Assembly: GCA_963799845.1 (NCBI GenBank)
Contig: CAWCYI010000004.1
Span: 896,001-960,000, forward strand
DNA: 64,000 bases
Reading direction: 5' to 3'
Origin: an uncultured Nitrososphaerota archaeon
GTDB lineage: Archaea > Thermoproteota > Nitrososphaeria > Nitrososphaerales > CADDZS01
The first letter of the stretch is position 1. Every line of letters begins with the position of its first letter. Both the position numbers and the translations under genes were made by a program. The notes beneath the pieces are model-generated. The model searched no databases. It had not been told where the DNA came from and saw only the letters and a program-made list of their open reading frames with translations. Positions 42,009-51,828 of the stretch are shown here, in pieces.

Positions 42009-43038
42009 TCAGGGCATAGCTTCTGCAACCTTCAAAAGCTCGTTTTCCGAAATTCTCCCCGGTGAATAGACGGACAAGCGTCTTTGGAGCATTCTCAAGA
42101 CCCACGACAATGTCCTCTTTCTGCTTCAAGCGGCCTTCGCGGAGCCAGCCCGAGATAGCCTGGATCGCTTCCGGGAAGCGTGAAACATAATCCAGCACGA
42201 GGAAACCTTCCATCCGACTCCGCCGAGCTATGAGGATTGTGTAGTTCACAGGGCCGTACGGCTCTGTCGTGTTGTAGCGTGATATTGCACCGCAAAGCAC
42301 TATCCGCGCGTGAAGACTTATCCGCATGAGCACTTCGTCGAGGACGGGGCCGCCGACATTGTCAAAATACACATCGATTCCTTTAGGGCAAAGCTCTGAA
42401 AGCCTAGTACCAACGTTCTCGGAATGGTAGTCGATCGCCGCGTCAAAACCCGCGCCTTTGATAACCCAGTCACACTTTGCTTTCCCGCCGGCAATCCCGA
42501 TGACTCTGGACCCTTTGATTTTCGCTATCTGACCGGCAATAGAACCGACAGCACCGGCCGCGCTGGAGACGACAAAGGTCTCACCAGCTTTGCTCTGAGC
42601 GATATCGTTAACGCCAAAGTAAGCGGCGAGCCCAGTCATTCCAAAAAGGCTGAGCGCCAAGTTCGGTGGCACCCCGGGGGGAACTCTTTGCATCGTTAAG
42701 AGTCCTCTTCCATCAGTAGCGATATAGTCCTGCCAGCCGAATCCTCCTAAGACAAGTTCCCCGACCTTGTAGTCCGGACGGCGCGATTCCACAATCTGAC
42801 CGACTGCAAAGGCTGGCATCACCTCGTCTAGGGGAATCTTCGGGACGTAAGTGTCACGGGACATCCAGCCTCTCTGCGTGGGGTCAAACGAGAGCCAGAG
42901 GTTGCGAATCAGTACCTCTCCTTCCTTTGGACTCGGAACCGGAGCCTCGGTCCATCGAAAATTACTTTCCTTGATCATTCCTTCGGGCCTGGAGCTAAGG
43001 AGCCACTGACGATTTGTTTGTTGCATTAGTGATGTCAA
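42009..43038 (-). CDS. NADP-dependent oxidoreductase (CurA/PTGR-like MDR); +1 indel near 42042
   Basis: RPEG, S.DP..RGWM, GMTGL.AYFG, AAGAVGS, YFDNVGG; restored end GENFGKQLLKVAEAMP. Confidence 0.9.
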
Positions 43039-43437
43039 CTATCTGACAGGTAACCCTCACTTAAGTTACCGAGACGATCTTCAATTTTGAGAACATACTG
43101 ACAGAATTTATCGTTTCATTCCGTCCTCTACTGGCACAAAAGGGGATCAAAAGTGCAAAAAAAATTGGAAGGGCGCCACCCTGCGCGAATCCCGTTTCTG
43201 TCTTGAGCAGGGAATCTGCTCCAAAGGTACTCGGACCTAATTAGGGTCAAATCCCCAGAGATCGTCCCCATCGATTCATAGTCTTGGAAAGTTGTACAAT
43301 AATTTGGATGTCTACTTGTTTTTGACACCTCGAAGCATTTCAAAACAATGGGGGACCGGAAAAATCGAGCCCCCTCAATTTCAAATTGTATCGGCCTGCT
43401 TGGTGTCCGCCTTGAGCAACCGTAGACGATCCTCATT

Positions 43438-44532
43438 TCAGTGCGTACCTGGAGGAAATATGATCGTTCTCGCGTCCCAGTACGTCTGATCTGTGTAGTG
43501 GATATAATCCGGATTCTTTCCATTTTCCACCGCAAAATAGTACGAGAATAGATAGGGAGGAATTACGCTCAGAAACGGGGAGAGGTACTCGTGGATTTTA
43601 TTGATGCGCATGACGTAGTCGGCGTCAAAATCTGAAAGATCGCTAACCACCATAGTCTTCGCGCCTATCTTTTTTGAGGCAGCCAATAGATCTCTCGTTC
43701 TCTCGATCGAGGGCCCGGATGGAGCCAATGCAACGACAAGCGTCTGCTTGTTAAACGACATTGCCGGACCGTGAAGGATCTCTTCAAGCTCCATCCCCTC
43801 TGCCGCGAGGTAACTTGCCTCCTTGATTTTGAGTGCAGCTTCTCTGGCCGTGACAAAGTTAGGACCCGCGCCTGCAAAAAATATCTTTGATACGTTTCGA
43901 AGCTCGCTCGCGGCTTTCCTCGCCGGCTCGTCCATCCTGGAAATTGTTGATTCGATTTCGTCTGCAAGTTTCGTTTCAAATTCTTTCTTCACGTTTTGGA
44001 GCTCAGTATTGGCAGGTTGAGCAAATTTCAGCGAGAGTGCGAACACAGCCGCGGCAGAATTAGTGTACGCCTTTGTGTGGCATCTGGATTTATCGGGCGA
44101 GTCGCCGATGACAAGAGTACTGTCGACAACCTTGGAAATGGGCCTGTCCGCAAAGTGCGTCACTCCAATAGTTTTAGATCCATTGGACCTTGCTCTAGAT
44201 AGCGCATCTAGAGTAGATTTTGTGATGCCGCTGTGCGATACTCCAACAGTCACCAGCGGCTTCCTTCCAAGCCGTTCGTAGTTTACGAGTTCGAAAGCTG
44301 GCACTGCGCGCCAATCCCTTTCAGAGAGATTCAAAACCTGCGAGCCCATCATGGCTGAATACAGCGCGGTTCCGTTACCCGTGAAAACCAACTGGCTTTG
44401 GGCAGATGGGTCTAGTGTAAAATCGGAAATGGTTCGAAGGGTGGATTTGAAACCTTTCGGGATGTCCCTTATCATATCGTAAGTGAGATATGGATGAGAG
44501 TTTCGCTCCGCGACCAGTGCCGGTGTGCTCAT
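43438..44532 (-). CDS. SIS-domain sugar isomerase/deaminase (GlmS/FrlB-like)
   Basis: G.GT, VSHSG.T, HTKAY, AREAALKIKE, EEILHGP, NPD. Confidence 0.88.
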   Translation of the reverse strand: MSTPALVAERNSHPYLTYDMIRDIPKGFKSTLRTISDFTLDPSAQSQLVFTGNGTALYSAMMGSQVLNLSERDWRAVPAFELVNYERLGRKPLVTVGVSHSGITKSTLDALSRARSNGSKTIGVTHFADRPISKVVDSTLVIGDSPDKSRCHTKAYTNSAAAVFALSLKFAQPANTELQNVKKEFETKLADEIESTISRMDEPARKAASELRNVSKIFFAGAGPNFVTAREAALKIKEASYLAAEGMELEEILHGPAMSFNKQTLVVALAPSGPSIERTRDLLAASKKIGAKTMVVSDLSDFDADYVMRINKIHEYLSPFLSVIPPYLFSYYFAVENGKNPDYIHYTDQTYWDARTIIFPPGTH

Positions 44533-44783
44533 GTTTTTGAAATTACCAAGTTGATTACCTCTAGGATCGATTATGTAACGTTTCAGGTATAGATAGCGTC
44601 AGAGGACCTTTCGTAGGGCAAGAATATTTCTTTGGAAACCCGTTATTCTCTTTGCAACTGACCGAAATTCGCCCTGTCTTCGAATTTTTGCTCTGACTAT
44701 CTCTCAGTAGTCTTCAAATTGTATGGAATCCAAGTTTGTTTGCGGTCAAGTTGTTGTCTCAGGAGCCCCTCTGTTGGAATCTC

Positions 44784-44830
44784 GGCTCAGCATCTAGGTG
44801 GAAAAGTCGATTCTACTGCGAGTTGCTCTA
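44784..44830 (+). repeat. Family B repeat, copy 1
   Basis: GGCTCAGCA...GAAAAGTCGATTCTACTGCGAGTTG-CTCTA; core 44801-44825. Confidence 0.9.
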
Positions 44831-44924
44831 AGCGGATTTCCTCATTTCTAGCCAAAAACAAGGTCAAATGAAGCAAGCAGCTATATAGAGAAGTTTCCTC
44901 TTTTTCAAAGCTCTTGCAAACTTA

Positions 44925-45386
44925 ATGCTTGAGAAAAATGTGTCTGAAGCGAAAAGCCCTAGGAAGACTCTCGAAATCGAAGCGGCGAGCTTCCTCCTTG
45001 GTGTCGCTGGTCTGTTTTTCCTGCTTGAGGGCATGATACATTACGCTGACTTTTTCATCACAGCACATGAAGGGAATAATTCCCTAGTTCCGGTGTCTTT
45101 GATACTTGGGAGCATCGCGATTGGGCTATTGTATTTTCTTCTTGCGTGTTTGTGTTTGCAGAACCAAGGAAATGCGTGGTTCTTCGGTTTTGCAGCAGTT
45201 TTTGCTGGACTGCTTTCAATATCCTACTTCATAATCGAGATTGTTGAGTCCCTTGGGCCGAAGTTTTATTTTTTTGGGTCTTTCAATTATGTTCAATTCA
45301 TTACCGGATACGGATCTGTTACGATTCTTGCAGAGCTATTAATCGTATTTTTCTCTTACAGAGTCTTGAAGACACTTTCGACTTAG
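44925..45386 (+). CDS. Four-TM membrane protein
   Basis: Four hydrophobic helices; TATATA ~40 bp upstream. Confidence 0.65.
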   Translation: MLEKNVSEAKSPRKTLEIEAASFLLGVAGLFFLLEGMIHYADFFITAHEGNNSLVPVSLILGSIAIGLLYFLLACLCLQNQGNAWFFGFAAVFAGLLSISYFIIEIVESLGPKFYFFGSFNYVQFITGYGSVTILAELLIVFFSYRVLKTLST

Positions 45387-45403
45387 TTAGAGAAGGAAAA
45401 GCC

Positions 45404-45457
45404 CTCAGCATCGCGAAAGAAAAGTCGATTCTACTGCGAGTTGTTCTGGAGAGATAA
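45404..45457 (+). repeat. Family B repeat, copy 2
   Basis: Identical 25-bp core at 45419-45443, followed by TTCTGGAGAGATAA. Confidence 0.9.
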
Positions 45458-45574
45458 AACGCTGTTCGTACCCTTACGATTCCGCCGACCCCTTGGTAAT
45501 TCGAAAGTTCAATCCTCTGTAGTTCACGCACTAGAGCAATTGCTTGCCAAATCCAGAACTTCACGTATTACAAT

Positions 45575-45958
45575 CTATTCGACCATTTTCCAATATGAAT
45601 CCTTTCGGACTATCTTGCCGTTTCTGAATTCGAAGAGATCACAGCCTCTTACGGCTACGTGCTCCCCAGACTTCTTCGTGCCTGTAAGCAACCATTCAGA
45701 GGCACCCCTGTCCCCACATACCCAATGTGTATCTTCGCCGTAGTGCACATCAGGGATGCCCGCAAAGCGGGTGGCAAGGCCCTCCCTGACCTTTGCCTTC
45801 CCCACAAATCTTGTTCCCCACGGTTCGGTTCCGCGTGGAAGGTCGAATGTGCAGTCATCTACGAAGAATTCCATGATATCGTCCAAGTCGTGTCGATTGA
45901 AAGCATCTAGAAACTTCCTAAGAACATCGATTTGATCAACTTCCTTTTTTTCTGCCAT
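45575..45958 (-). CDS. SnoaL-like / NTF2 family protein
   Basis: AFNRHDLD.IM, PRG..PWG, SEW.LTGT, RGCDLF, KDSYWK. Confidence 0.88.
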   Translation of the reverse strand: MAEKKEVDQIDVLRKFLDAFNRHDLDDIMEFFVDDCTFDLPRGTEPWGTRFVGKAKVREGLATRFAGIPDVHYGEDTHWVCGDRGASEWLLTGTKKSGEHVAVRGCDLFEFRNGKIVRKDSYWKMVE

Positions 45959-46157
45959 ATCGGGATAAACTTTGGCAAAGAGGTGAGATAAAGAATTCGC
46001 GCGGGGTCACCAATGTCCGACTTAGGTCAATGGGAAGCTATCAGTTAAGTCCCATGCTGCGATCTTGTTTAGCCGGACACGATGGGACTATCCCCGCAAG
46101 ACATACCCTCACAGCATGCTCTAAATCCGTTCTTTTTCTTTTAACTAATGAAAGTCT

Positions 46158-46204
46158 GGCTCAGCAACGCGATGGAAAAGTCGATTCTACTGCGAGTTGC
46201 TCTA
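46158..46204 (+). repeat. Family B repeat, copy 3
   Basis: Identical core at 46175-46199; AGCAAC/GTTGCT inverted ends. Confidence 0.9.
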
Positions 46205-46276
46205 TTGGATCGTTCTTCCAAACTTTCTTTTGTTATAATTAATAGTAATCGGAGTCCGATGCCATTTTCTTACTTT

Positions 46277-46837
46277 TCAATCGTTCTTCTTGTCGGACTG
46301 ATACCGAAGCAGCGTGACTCCCGATTCAAACATCTTGGCTTCTATGAGTTTCAGGTTCATTACACTTGTTCCGCGTTTGAAAAGATGCTTCCCCTTCCCA
46401 AGAACTAGAGGATACACCCACAGATTATAATGATCGATGAGATTTTGTTGCGCCAAGCTATTCACCAGCTCGCAACTTCCGAAAATCAAGATGTTACCCC
46501 GAACTTGTTCTTCCTTCAATTTGGATACTTCCTTCGTGACGTTTTCCTTGATTAGCGTTGAATTATTCCATTTAGCTTCTTTCAGTGTGGTTGAGACGAC
46601 GTATTTCGGTAGGCTGTTCATTCTATCGGCATATCCTGTCGGATCCTTTGGCATCGAAGGCCACGCAGCGGCAAAACCTTCGTAAGTTGCTCGTCCGAAT
46701 AGAAGAGCATCGCTCGTGAATAACTCATCGACTTTGACCTTCAGGTAGTCTTCGGTTGGTTGGAATTGGAATGCCCACTGGGGATCCTCCATGACACTGT
46801 CCAATGTCAGGAATTCTGAAACAATTATTTTTCTCAT
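46277..46837 (-). CDS. Dihydrofolate reductase / RibD C-terminal family protein
   Basis: MRKIIVSEFLTLD, LLFGR.TYE, PKYVVS.TL, GS..L, PLVLG.GK.LF. Confidence 0.9.
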   Translation of the reverse strand: MRKIIVSEFLTLDSVMEDPQWAFQFQPTEDYLKVKVDELFTSDALLFGRATYEGFAAAWPSMPKDPTGYADRMNSLPKYVVSTTLKEAKWNNSTLIKENVTKEVSKLKEEQVRGNILIFGSCELVNSLAQQNLIDHYNLWVYPLVLGKGKHLFKRGTSVMNLKLIEAKMFESGVTLLRYQSDKKND

Positions 46838-46952
46838 GTTTGCTTTCTCGGTTTGGTGAACTATCGGCCAACTCTTCATAAGTCTTGGTTTGCATGAATT
46901 TCTAAGTAACCGACTTTTGAAATCAAGAAATTCCATTTCAAATTACCGAAGA

Positions 46953-47206
46953 CTTGTTCAAGCTATCCAATGATATTGGAGGGTAGCCCTGTATGAAGTA
47001 GCTTCACGGATTGCTCTAAATTTGTTCCTAGTGACGGACCCCCTCATCACTAGCATAGCGGGAACCATTATCGGTAAGACTAAAGCCAGTCCAAGGAAAA
47101 CACTTGAGTGGCCTGCGAGCTACTAACAGTGAAAGTAGAAGGGACCGTTTGCCGTTGTTAAACTAACCTTGCAGGGGCAGGCTTAAAGCTGTCAGGGAAG
47201 AACAAG
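46953..47206 (+). ncRNA. Candidate ~250-nt structured non-coding RNA
   Basis: 5'/3' ends pair (CTTGTTC/GAACAAG, CCCTG/CAGGG); several internal helices; G-U wobbles favour the + strand; no ORF. Confidence 0.45.
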
Positions 47207-47460
47207 AGATTGATTCCATTACCTTGGTTAGGGTTTTTCTGTCAACAATTTTCTCCAGTTTTGGAAAAAATGGTTGATGAAAAGCAAAGGCATTATTTTT
47301 TGAAAAATATCTTGACCTCATGCTTTAAGAATCAGGACTACACATTGCTCTCTTTGCTGTCTTGTTAGATCCGACGCAAACTGAAATCGATTTGGGAAGC
47401 ATGATTTGTTTCCGTTCTATCGAAAAATCTGATCAAGCCTTCGGCAGTTAGAAAAAAAGT

Positions 47461-48279
47461 TTGACAACTCAACCCGGTACTTCTCCCTCTCATGCTACTC
47501 GAAATAGCATTCTAACCGTAATCATTATCGCATCAATTGTCTCCGTTGCGATCTTGAGCAGCAGCGGTATTGCATTTCAAAATTCCTCTAAAGTACCAGC
47601 AACCGAAACTATTGTTGAAACCTCGACTGGCATTGTTATTCTTACAACTGTAGAACAGGTTACGACTTCGGTTTCTTATCCAGTTACTCAAACAGTGATC
47701 TCCGTTACTCCCATAACCAGCGTGGAAGAAATTCCCACAACTATAATAGAAAACAGCACCACTGAGACTGTCGATGTAACCTCGGTTGGAACGCTATACT
47801 CTACTGTATACCAAACTCAAACTTCTCTGGTCTATTTCTTTACAACCGAAATTCAATATTCTGTCGTAACACAGAAAAGCACTTCGACTTTCGTAGTCAC
47901 TGTAACTCACACCAGCGGAACTGCAACCAGCACGATTACTGCTACCACAACTCCAACTGTTACTCAGACTGCAACTACAACTTTATCCACATTTACTACC
48001 ACTATAACTTCTCCAACCACAGCAACTACCACCCTTTCAACCGCGACCACTACTACTACCCTTCCGACTACAGTTACTACGACTCTCTCCACCGTTACCC
48101 TTACCACATCAATAACCAAAACAACAACCCTCAGCACCGCAACTACAACTGATACGGTTCCTACCACCACAACAACAACGACCGGAGGATCGACAGTCAC
48201 TCAGACAGTGCCGACTACGGTCACGACCACGGTTACAACAACGTGTACGACCACTGCAGGTTTGGGTGGCAACTGTTAG
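47461..48279 (+). CDS. Thr-rich membrane-anchored surface protein
   Basis: N-terminal TM and long T/V/S low-complexity stalk. Confidence 0.75.
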   Translation: MTTQPGTSPSHATRNSILTVIIIASIVSVAILSSSGIAFQNSSKVPATETIVETSTGIVILTTVEQVTTSVSYPVTQTVISVTPITSVEEIPTTIIENSTTETVDVTSVGTLYSTVYQTQTSLVYFFTTEIQYSVVTQKSTSTFVVTVTHTSGTATSTITATTTPTVTQTATTTLSTFTTTITSPTTATTTLSTATTTTTLPTTVTTTLSTVTLTTSITKTTTLSTATTTDTVPTTTTTTTGGSTVTQTVPTTVTTTVTTTCTTTAGLGGNC

Positions 48280-48411
48280 ATTCTCTTATTCGTCCTCAGT
48301 TATTATCGATATTTTGTTAACAAAGAATATCATTTGTCAATCTGCTTGACAAGATCCGACTCCATGACTCCCTCATTATCGATGCAAGCCTATGAAGAGG
48401 TCGGAAAACTG

Positions 48412-48498
48412 ATGGATGACAAGAGCGAGCAAGTCAAAGGAAAGCTGGAGCAGGCCAAGGGCGAAGTAAAGAAAGACTTGGGAAAAGCAAGCCAATAA
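48412..48498 (+). CDS. CsbD-like microprotein
   Basis: Manual translation MDDKSEQVKGKLEQAKGEVKKDLGKASQ; alternative ATG at 48382. Confidence 0.55.
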   Translation: MDDKSEQVKGKLEQAKGEVKKDLGKASQ

Positions 48499-49085
48499 AA
48501 TCTAAACGTAGGCCACGTGATTCTTATCAGAGGTATTTTTCCAAATATCTCCTTTCAGCTTAACTTTGCCGGATTGTTCAAAAATAACGAGGTTCTATTT
48601 TCTTGATACTGTTTGAAATTTCAGATAGACAGAGGACCCAATTCAAGACATATGAGACTAGGATCTGCTGTTTGTATTTTGGATTGGCTAAGTTCCGAAA
48701 TGAATGTTGACATTGGAACGAGTGTTCCAAAACTCAATCGATCGGTTTGTAGTCTGTGTGAATTGTTTTCTTATCTGATTGCCGATAATAGGTTGACTAG
48801 CATTCATGATATGTAGAACTATCGTCTTTCCAAGACTGGGCAATGTTTCTGGATGGTCTCAGGAAACAATATTAGTTACCGTTGGATTTTCTGACGGACC
48901 CTGGTGATACGAAAGCCGATCGTTCATTTGTCCCGTGAAAATTGAAGAAAAAATTCGTTATGCCCATCTTAATTGACCGCTTTCTTATTATCACTCCCAC
49001 AGATGCTCTGACGCGGGAAAGTCGTGAAGCATCGAGACTGAACGAAGATAATTGGTTTGATGAGTACTTTCTCGGAATTGAATTA

Positions 49086-50209
49086 ACCTGGCCGACATAA
49101 GTTCATAGACACCTGTTGGTCAGAAGGAATTTCTTCATGTCAAGATGCGAGCAAAACCTTCGCGTTCGATAGTATTCTGCCAGGATTGATTTCAGTTCTT
49201 TCAATGACGTCGGAAAGGTTGGAAGCCTTGAGAGATCCTTCTCACCCTCGCGCCAACACTCCTCCATCATGTTGAACTCTGGCGAAGCTGTCGGGATCCA
49301 TCTGACTCTGAGAGTCTTCCTGTTCTTACCCAAATAATCAGTTACGATCCTGGTTTTGTGGTGTTGCCTTGCTTTGTCAAGGAAGAGATAGAGTGATCCA
49401 AACTTCCTGTGCACCTTCTTCAGGTAGTCGAGGAATGTCTCGCCATTGAATTTCTCGTACTGCCTGAAGATTTGTGTCCCGTCCAGGCTGATCGCTCCAA
49501 ACACCACGGTGTTGCCGTGCGAGCCTGACACAATCCGAATCGGTCGAATCCCTTTGACCGCCCACACCCTTTTGGTTTCTATGTTCTGGACGAAGATTGA
49601 TTCGTCTTCGGATGCTACGGTGAAGCCTTCCGGGATATTCCTGAGGAGTCTTGCGGTCCTTTTTTAAATTCGAGCCTCTCTTCGAGGGAAGCCTTGTGAA
49701 GTAACCTCTTGTCAGGGACAATTGCTCTCACTCCCCACTTCTGCATCAACCTGTAGATGTGTCTCTCAGTGTATGCCACGTCTGCTTCCTTGCGGATCAT
49801 CTCCCTGACCTCCTTCACGGTCCAGCCGCATTCGTTCTTCACGACCTTCCTCTTCACCGCAATGAACTTGTTGTGATCGAGCTTCGGAGGTCTCCCGCTC
49901 CTTTCCATCGTCTTGAGTCCTTCTAGCCCATCTTTCTCGAAACGTCTAAGCCACGGTGTCGTCCATGATTTGTGCCGGTGAACTTCCCTTGCTACGTGCG
50001 ACGCCGGGACACCCTCGTACTTGACCTTCAGAACGAGGAATATCCTCTTGCTTACGTTTGCGTCCCTCTCCTCTCTATAAGCCTCTTCAACAATCTCCTT
50101 CGGTGCCTGTAATCGAGACATACAACCTGAGATAGGAAGGGAAGTTGGCCAAAAATGAGAATGTCTAGGTCTGTGGCCCTTTCAGTCTAATAATTTATGT
50201 CGGCCAGGT
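49086..50209 (-). mobile_element. IS630-family insertion sequence
   Basis: Perfect 15-bp TIRs ACCTGGCCGACATAA (49086-49100 / 50195-50209) flanked by TA on both sides; split transposase inside. Confidence 0.95.
49103..50121 (-). CDS. IS630 transposase (HTH ORF-A plus DDE ORF-B joined by -1 frameshift)
   Basis: RSGRPPKL HTH; TTTAAAAAAG at ~49659-49668; DES, LDKA..H, SPEFN..E..W. Confidence 0.92.
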
Positions 50210-50227
50210 TAGATTGAGGAATTTGTA

Positions 50228-50521
50228 ATGGAAGAGGACGATATCAAAAATAGAAAATGGGATTCTCGGGAAAGGGAGATGAATAGAATTCATAAACTTC
50301 GCTCCAAACGTGGTCTCAGTCCCCAACCTAAGACGAGAAAATTCGATCCGAGAAAAAGGTTCAAATCCATGCTGGTCTGTTTGAGCGTCTTCCTCTTTTC
50401 AACTCTATTCTTGTTGTGGAGCTTGAATGTTCCGGGAGCCCTTTTTCAGGAATTTTTCTCAATGATAGGCACGCTTTTTCGGGGACATTCTTGGCTATCA
50501 ATTACGGCAAGGACGCAATAA
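50228..50521 (+). CDS. Hypothetical protein with one TM
   Basis: Basic N-terminus plus hydrophobic helix; GAGG upstream; starts just beyond the IS end. Confidence 0.4.
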   Translation: MEEDDIKNRKWDSREREMNRIHKLRSKRGLSPQPKTRKFDPRKRFKSMLVCLSVFLFSTLFLLWSLNVPGALFQEFFSMIGTLFRGHSWLSITARTQ

Positions 50522-50590
50522 TGACACTCTTTTATTTACTCACCAAAAGTTCTCTGAGATAATCAATCTGGAATCAATGGGGCAAGTATC

Positions 50591-50752
50591 ATGTCCAAAG
50601 CTAATGTTATTTGCGAAAGTTGCAGGGCAGCAAATCATAGAGAGTGCCAAGCCCCGATATCCCTATCTGTAACTCAAGACGGGAGAATAAAGAATACAAG
50701 TTATGTATGCTGCGACAACGTAGTGAGCTGGATCGAACAGACTGTTATCTAG
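50591..50752 (+). CDS. Cys-rich microprotein (CxxCxxxxHxxC...CC)
   Basis: Manual translation MSKANVICESCRAANHRECQAP...YVCCDNVVSWIEQTVI. Confidence 0.5.
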   Translation: MSKANVICESCRAANHRECQAPISLSVTQDGRIKNTSYVCCDNVVSWIEQTVI

Positions 50753-50970
50753 TCTATGATTTTGGGAGAGTGCAGTCAATCATCTTCAAGTCATGAATGT
50801 GAACTATAAGCCCCAAACTTATCGTGTATTGCTTTTGGTCACCCAACTACATTCAGTATTTATTCGATCCTAAAACAGATTAGGCCAACAAAACCGATGC
50901 AAATGAGTCGAATAGACATTTATTGGCAGTCAAGCAATCTATCTAATTATGACTTCACTTACCATTTCGA

Positions 50971-51222
50971 TTGAACACAACAACTCGTACGAACTCAGCT
51001 ACCGAACTTGTCCTCACTCTTCAAGAGTCCAGAGCGGTTGTTAATCCCGTGAGTGCTCCCCAGACTGATAATTCTAGGACGACGTTGGACCTTCCAGATC
51101 TTCAAAATGATGCAAGAGAAAGAATAATGATGGAAGCTTCGAATTGGGCGAATGCCAAAGGCCTAAAGTCTATCCCAACAGTAGGCTTGCAGGATGAGAC
51201 TTACTTTTTGACGATCCGCTAG
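50971..51222 (+). CDS. Hypothetical protein
   Basis: 83-aa ORF with protein-like composition, no recognised motif. Confidence 0.35.
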   Translation: MNTTTRTNSATELVLTLQESRAVVNPVSAPQTDNSRTTLDLPDLQNDARERIMMEASNWANAKGLKSIPTVGLQDETYFLTIR

Positions 51223-51424
51223 ACAGACTATGCCAATGTTCAATATTATCTGGACTGAAATTAATCCTAATCTTCGCAGCGTTGAAACGTCTTCCTTGAC
51301 CTATTCCTTCTTTGACGGGTCTTTGGTTTTGAACCAATCCTTGTCATAATGACGCTGAAGCTGTATGGGTAAGGCTGAAGCGAAGTTGCCTGACAGATAG
51401 TAAAATTCGGCTGACCCAAAACCT

Positions 51425-51521
51425 AGGATGCATCCTCCCCCGTCGTCAGCGGGGCTTTTAACTCCAGCAGCCTGTTGTTTCCCGTGTCCGCGATTCACAG
51501 GTTGCCGCTGGAACACCCGCT
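51425..51521 (-). other. Structured element ending in an IS200/IS605 right-end-like hairpin
   Basis: Minus strand: TCCAGCGG..CCTGT/ACAGG-CTGCTGGA stem, then AAGCCCCGC-TGACGA-CGGGGGAGGATG. Confidence 0.35.
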
Positions 51522-51611
51522 CAGCCTCTGCCAGCTATCGCATTGGCCATTCAGCTCGCCAAGAACATCTGTTTTAACGCTTATCTTACTGGCTTTAAGC
51601 TTCGAGTATCA

Positions 51612-51828
51612 TTGGCTTCTAAAACGGAGTTTGTGTGCGTTGGCTGTACTAACAAGATTGAAATCTCAATCTCGAGATCCTCAACATATGATTATCCGGG
51701 AAGCAAAGTGCGACACACTCGGCGATATCAAGATTGATTACAAATGCTCGAAGTGCGGAACTATTAACGCTCGTTTTTGGGATGTGGAACACAACGAATA
51801 TTTTGGGACATCCTTCAATAGCGAATGA
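51612..51828 (+). CDS. Zinc-ribbon small protein; indel near 51677
   Basis: FVCVGC in one frame joins DPQHMIIRE...YKCSKCG in another. Confidence 0.5.

Noticed and set aside
43128-43535. 135-aa ORF and the many antisense or overlapping ORFs in the track (e.g. 32843-33549, 47964-48200, 7346-8009)
   Set aside because: They shadow well-supported genes or lack motifs and coding-like composition.
44784-46204. Canonical integron (attC array with intI)
   Set aside because: No integrase, sites are shorter than known attC, RYYYAAC/GTTRRRY is absent and genes are in mixed orientation; kept only as an analogy.
51440-51490. Hammerhead ribozyme (CTGACGA plus GAAAC on the minus strand)
   Set aside because: The three required stems cannot be assembled around the core.
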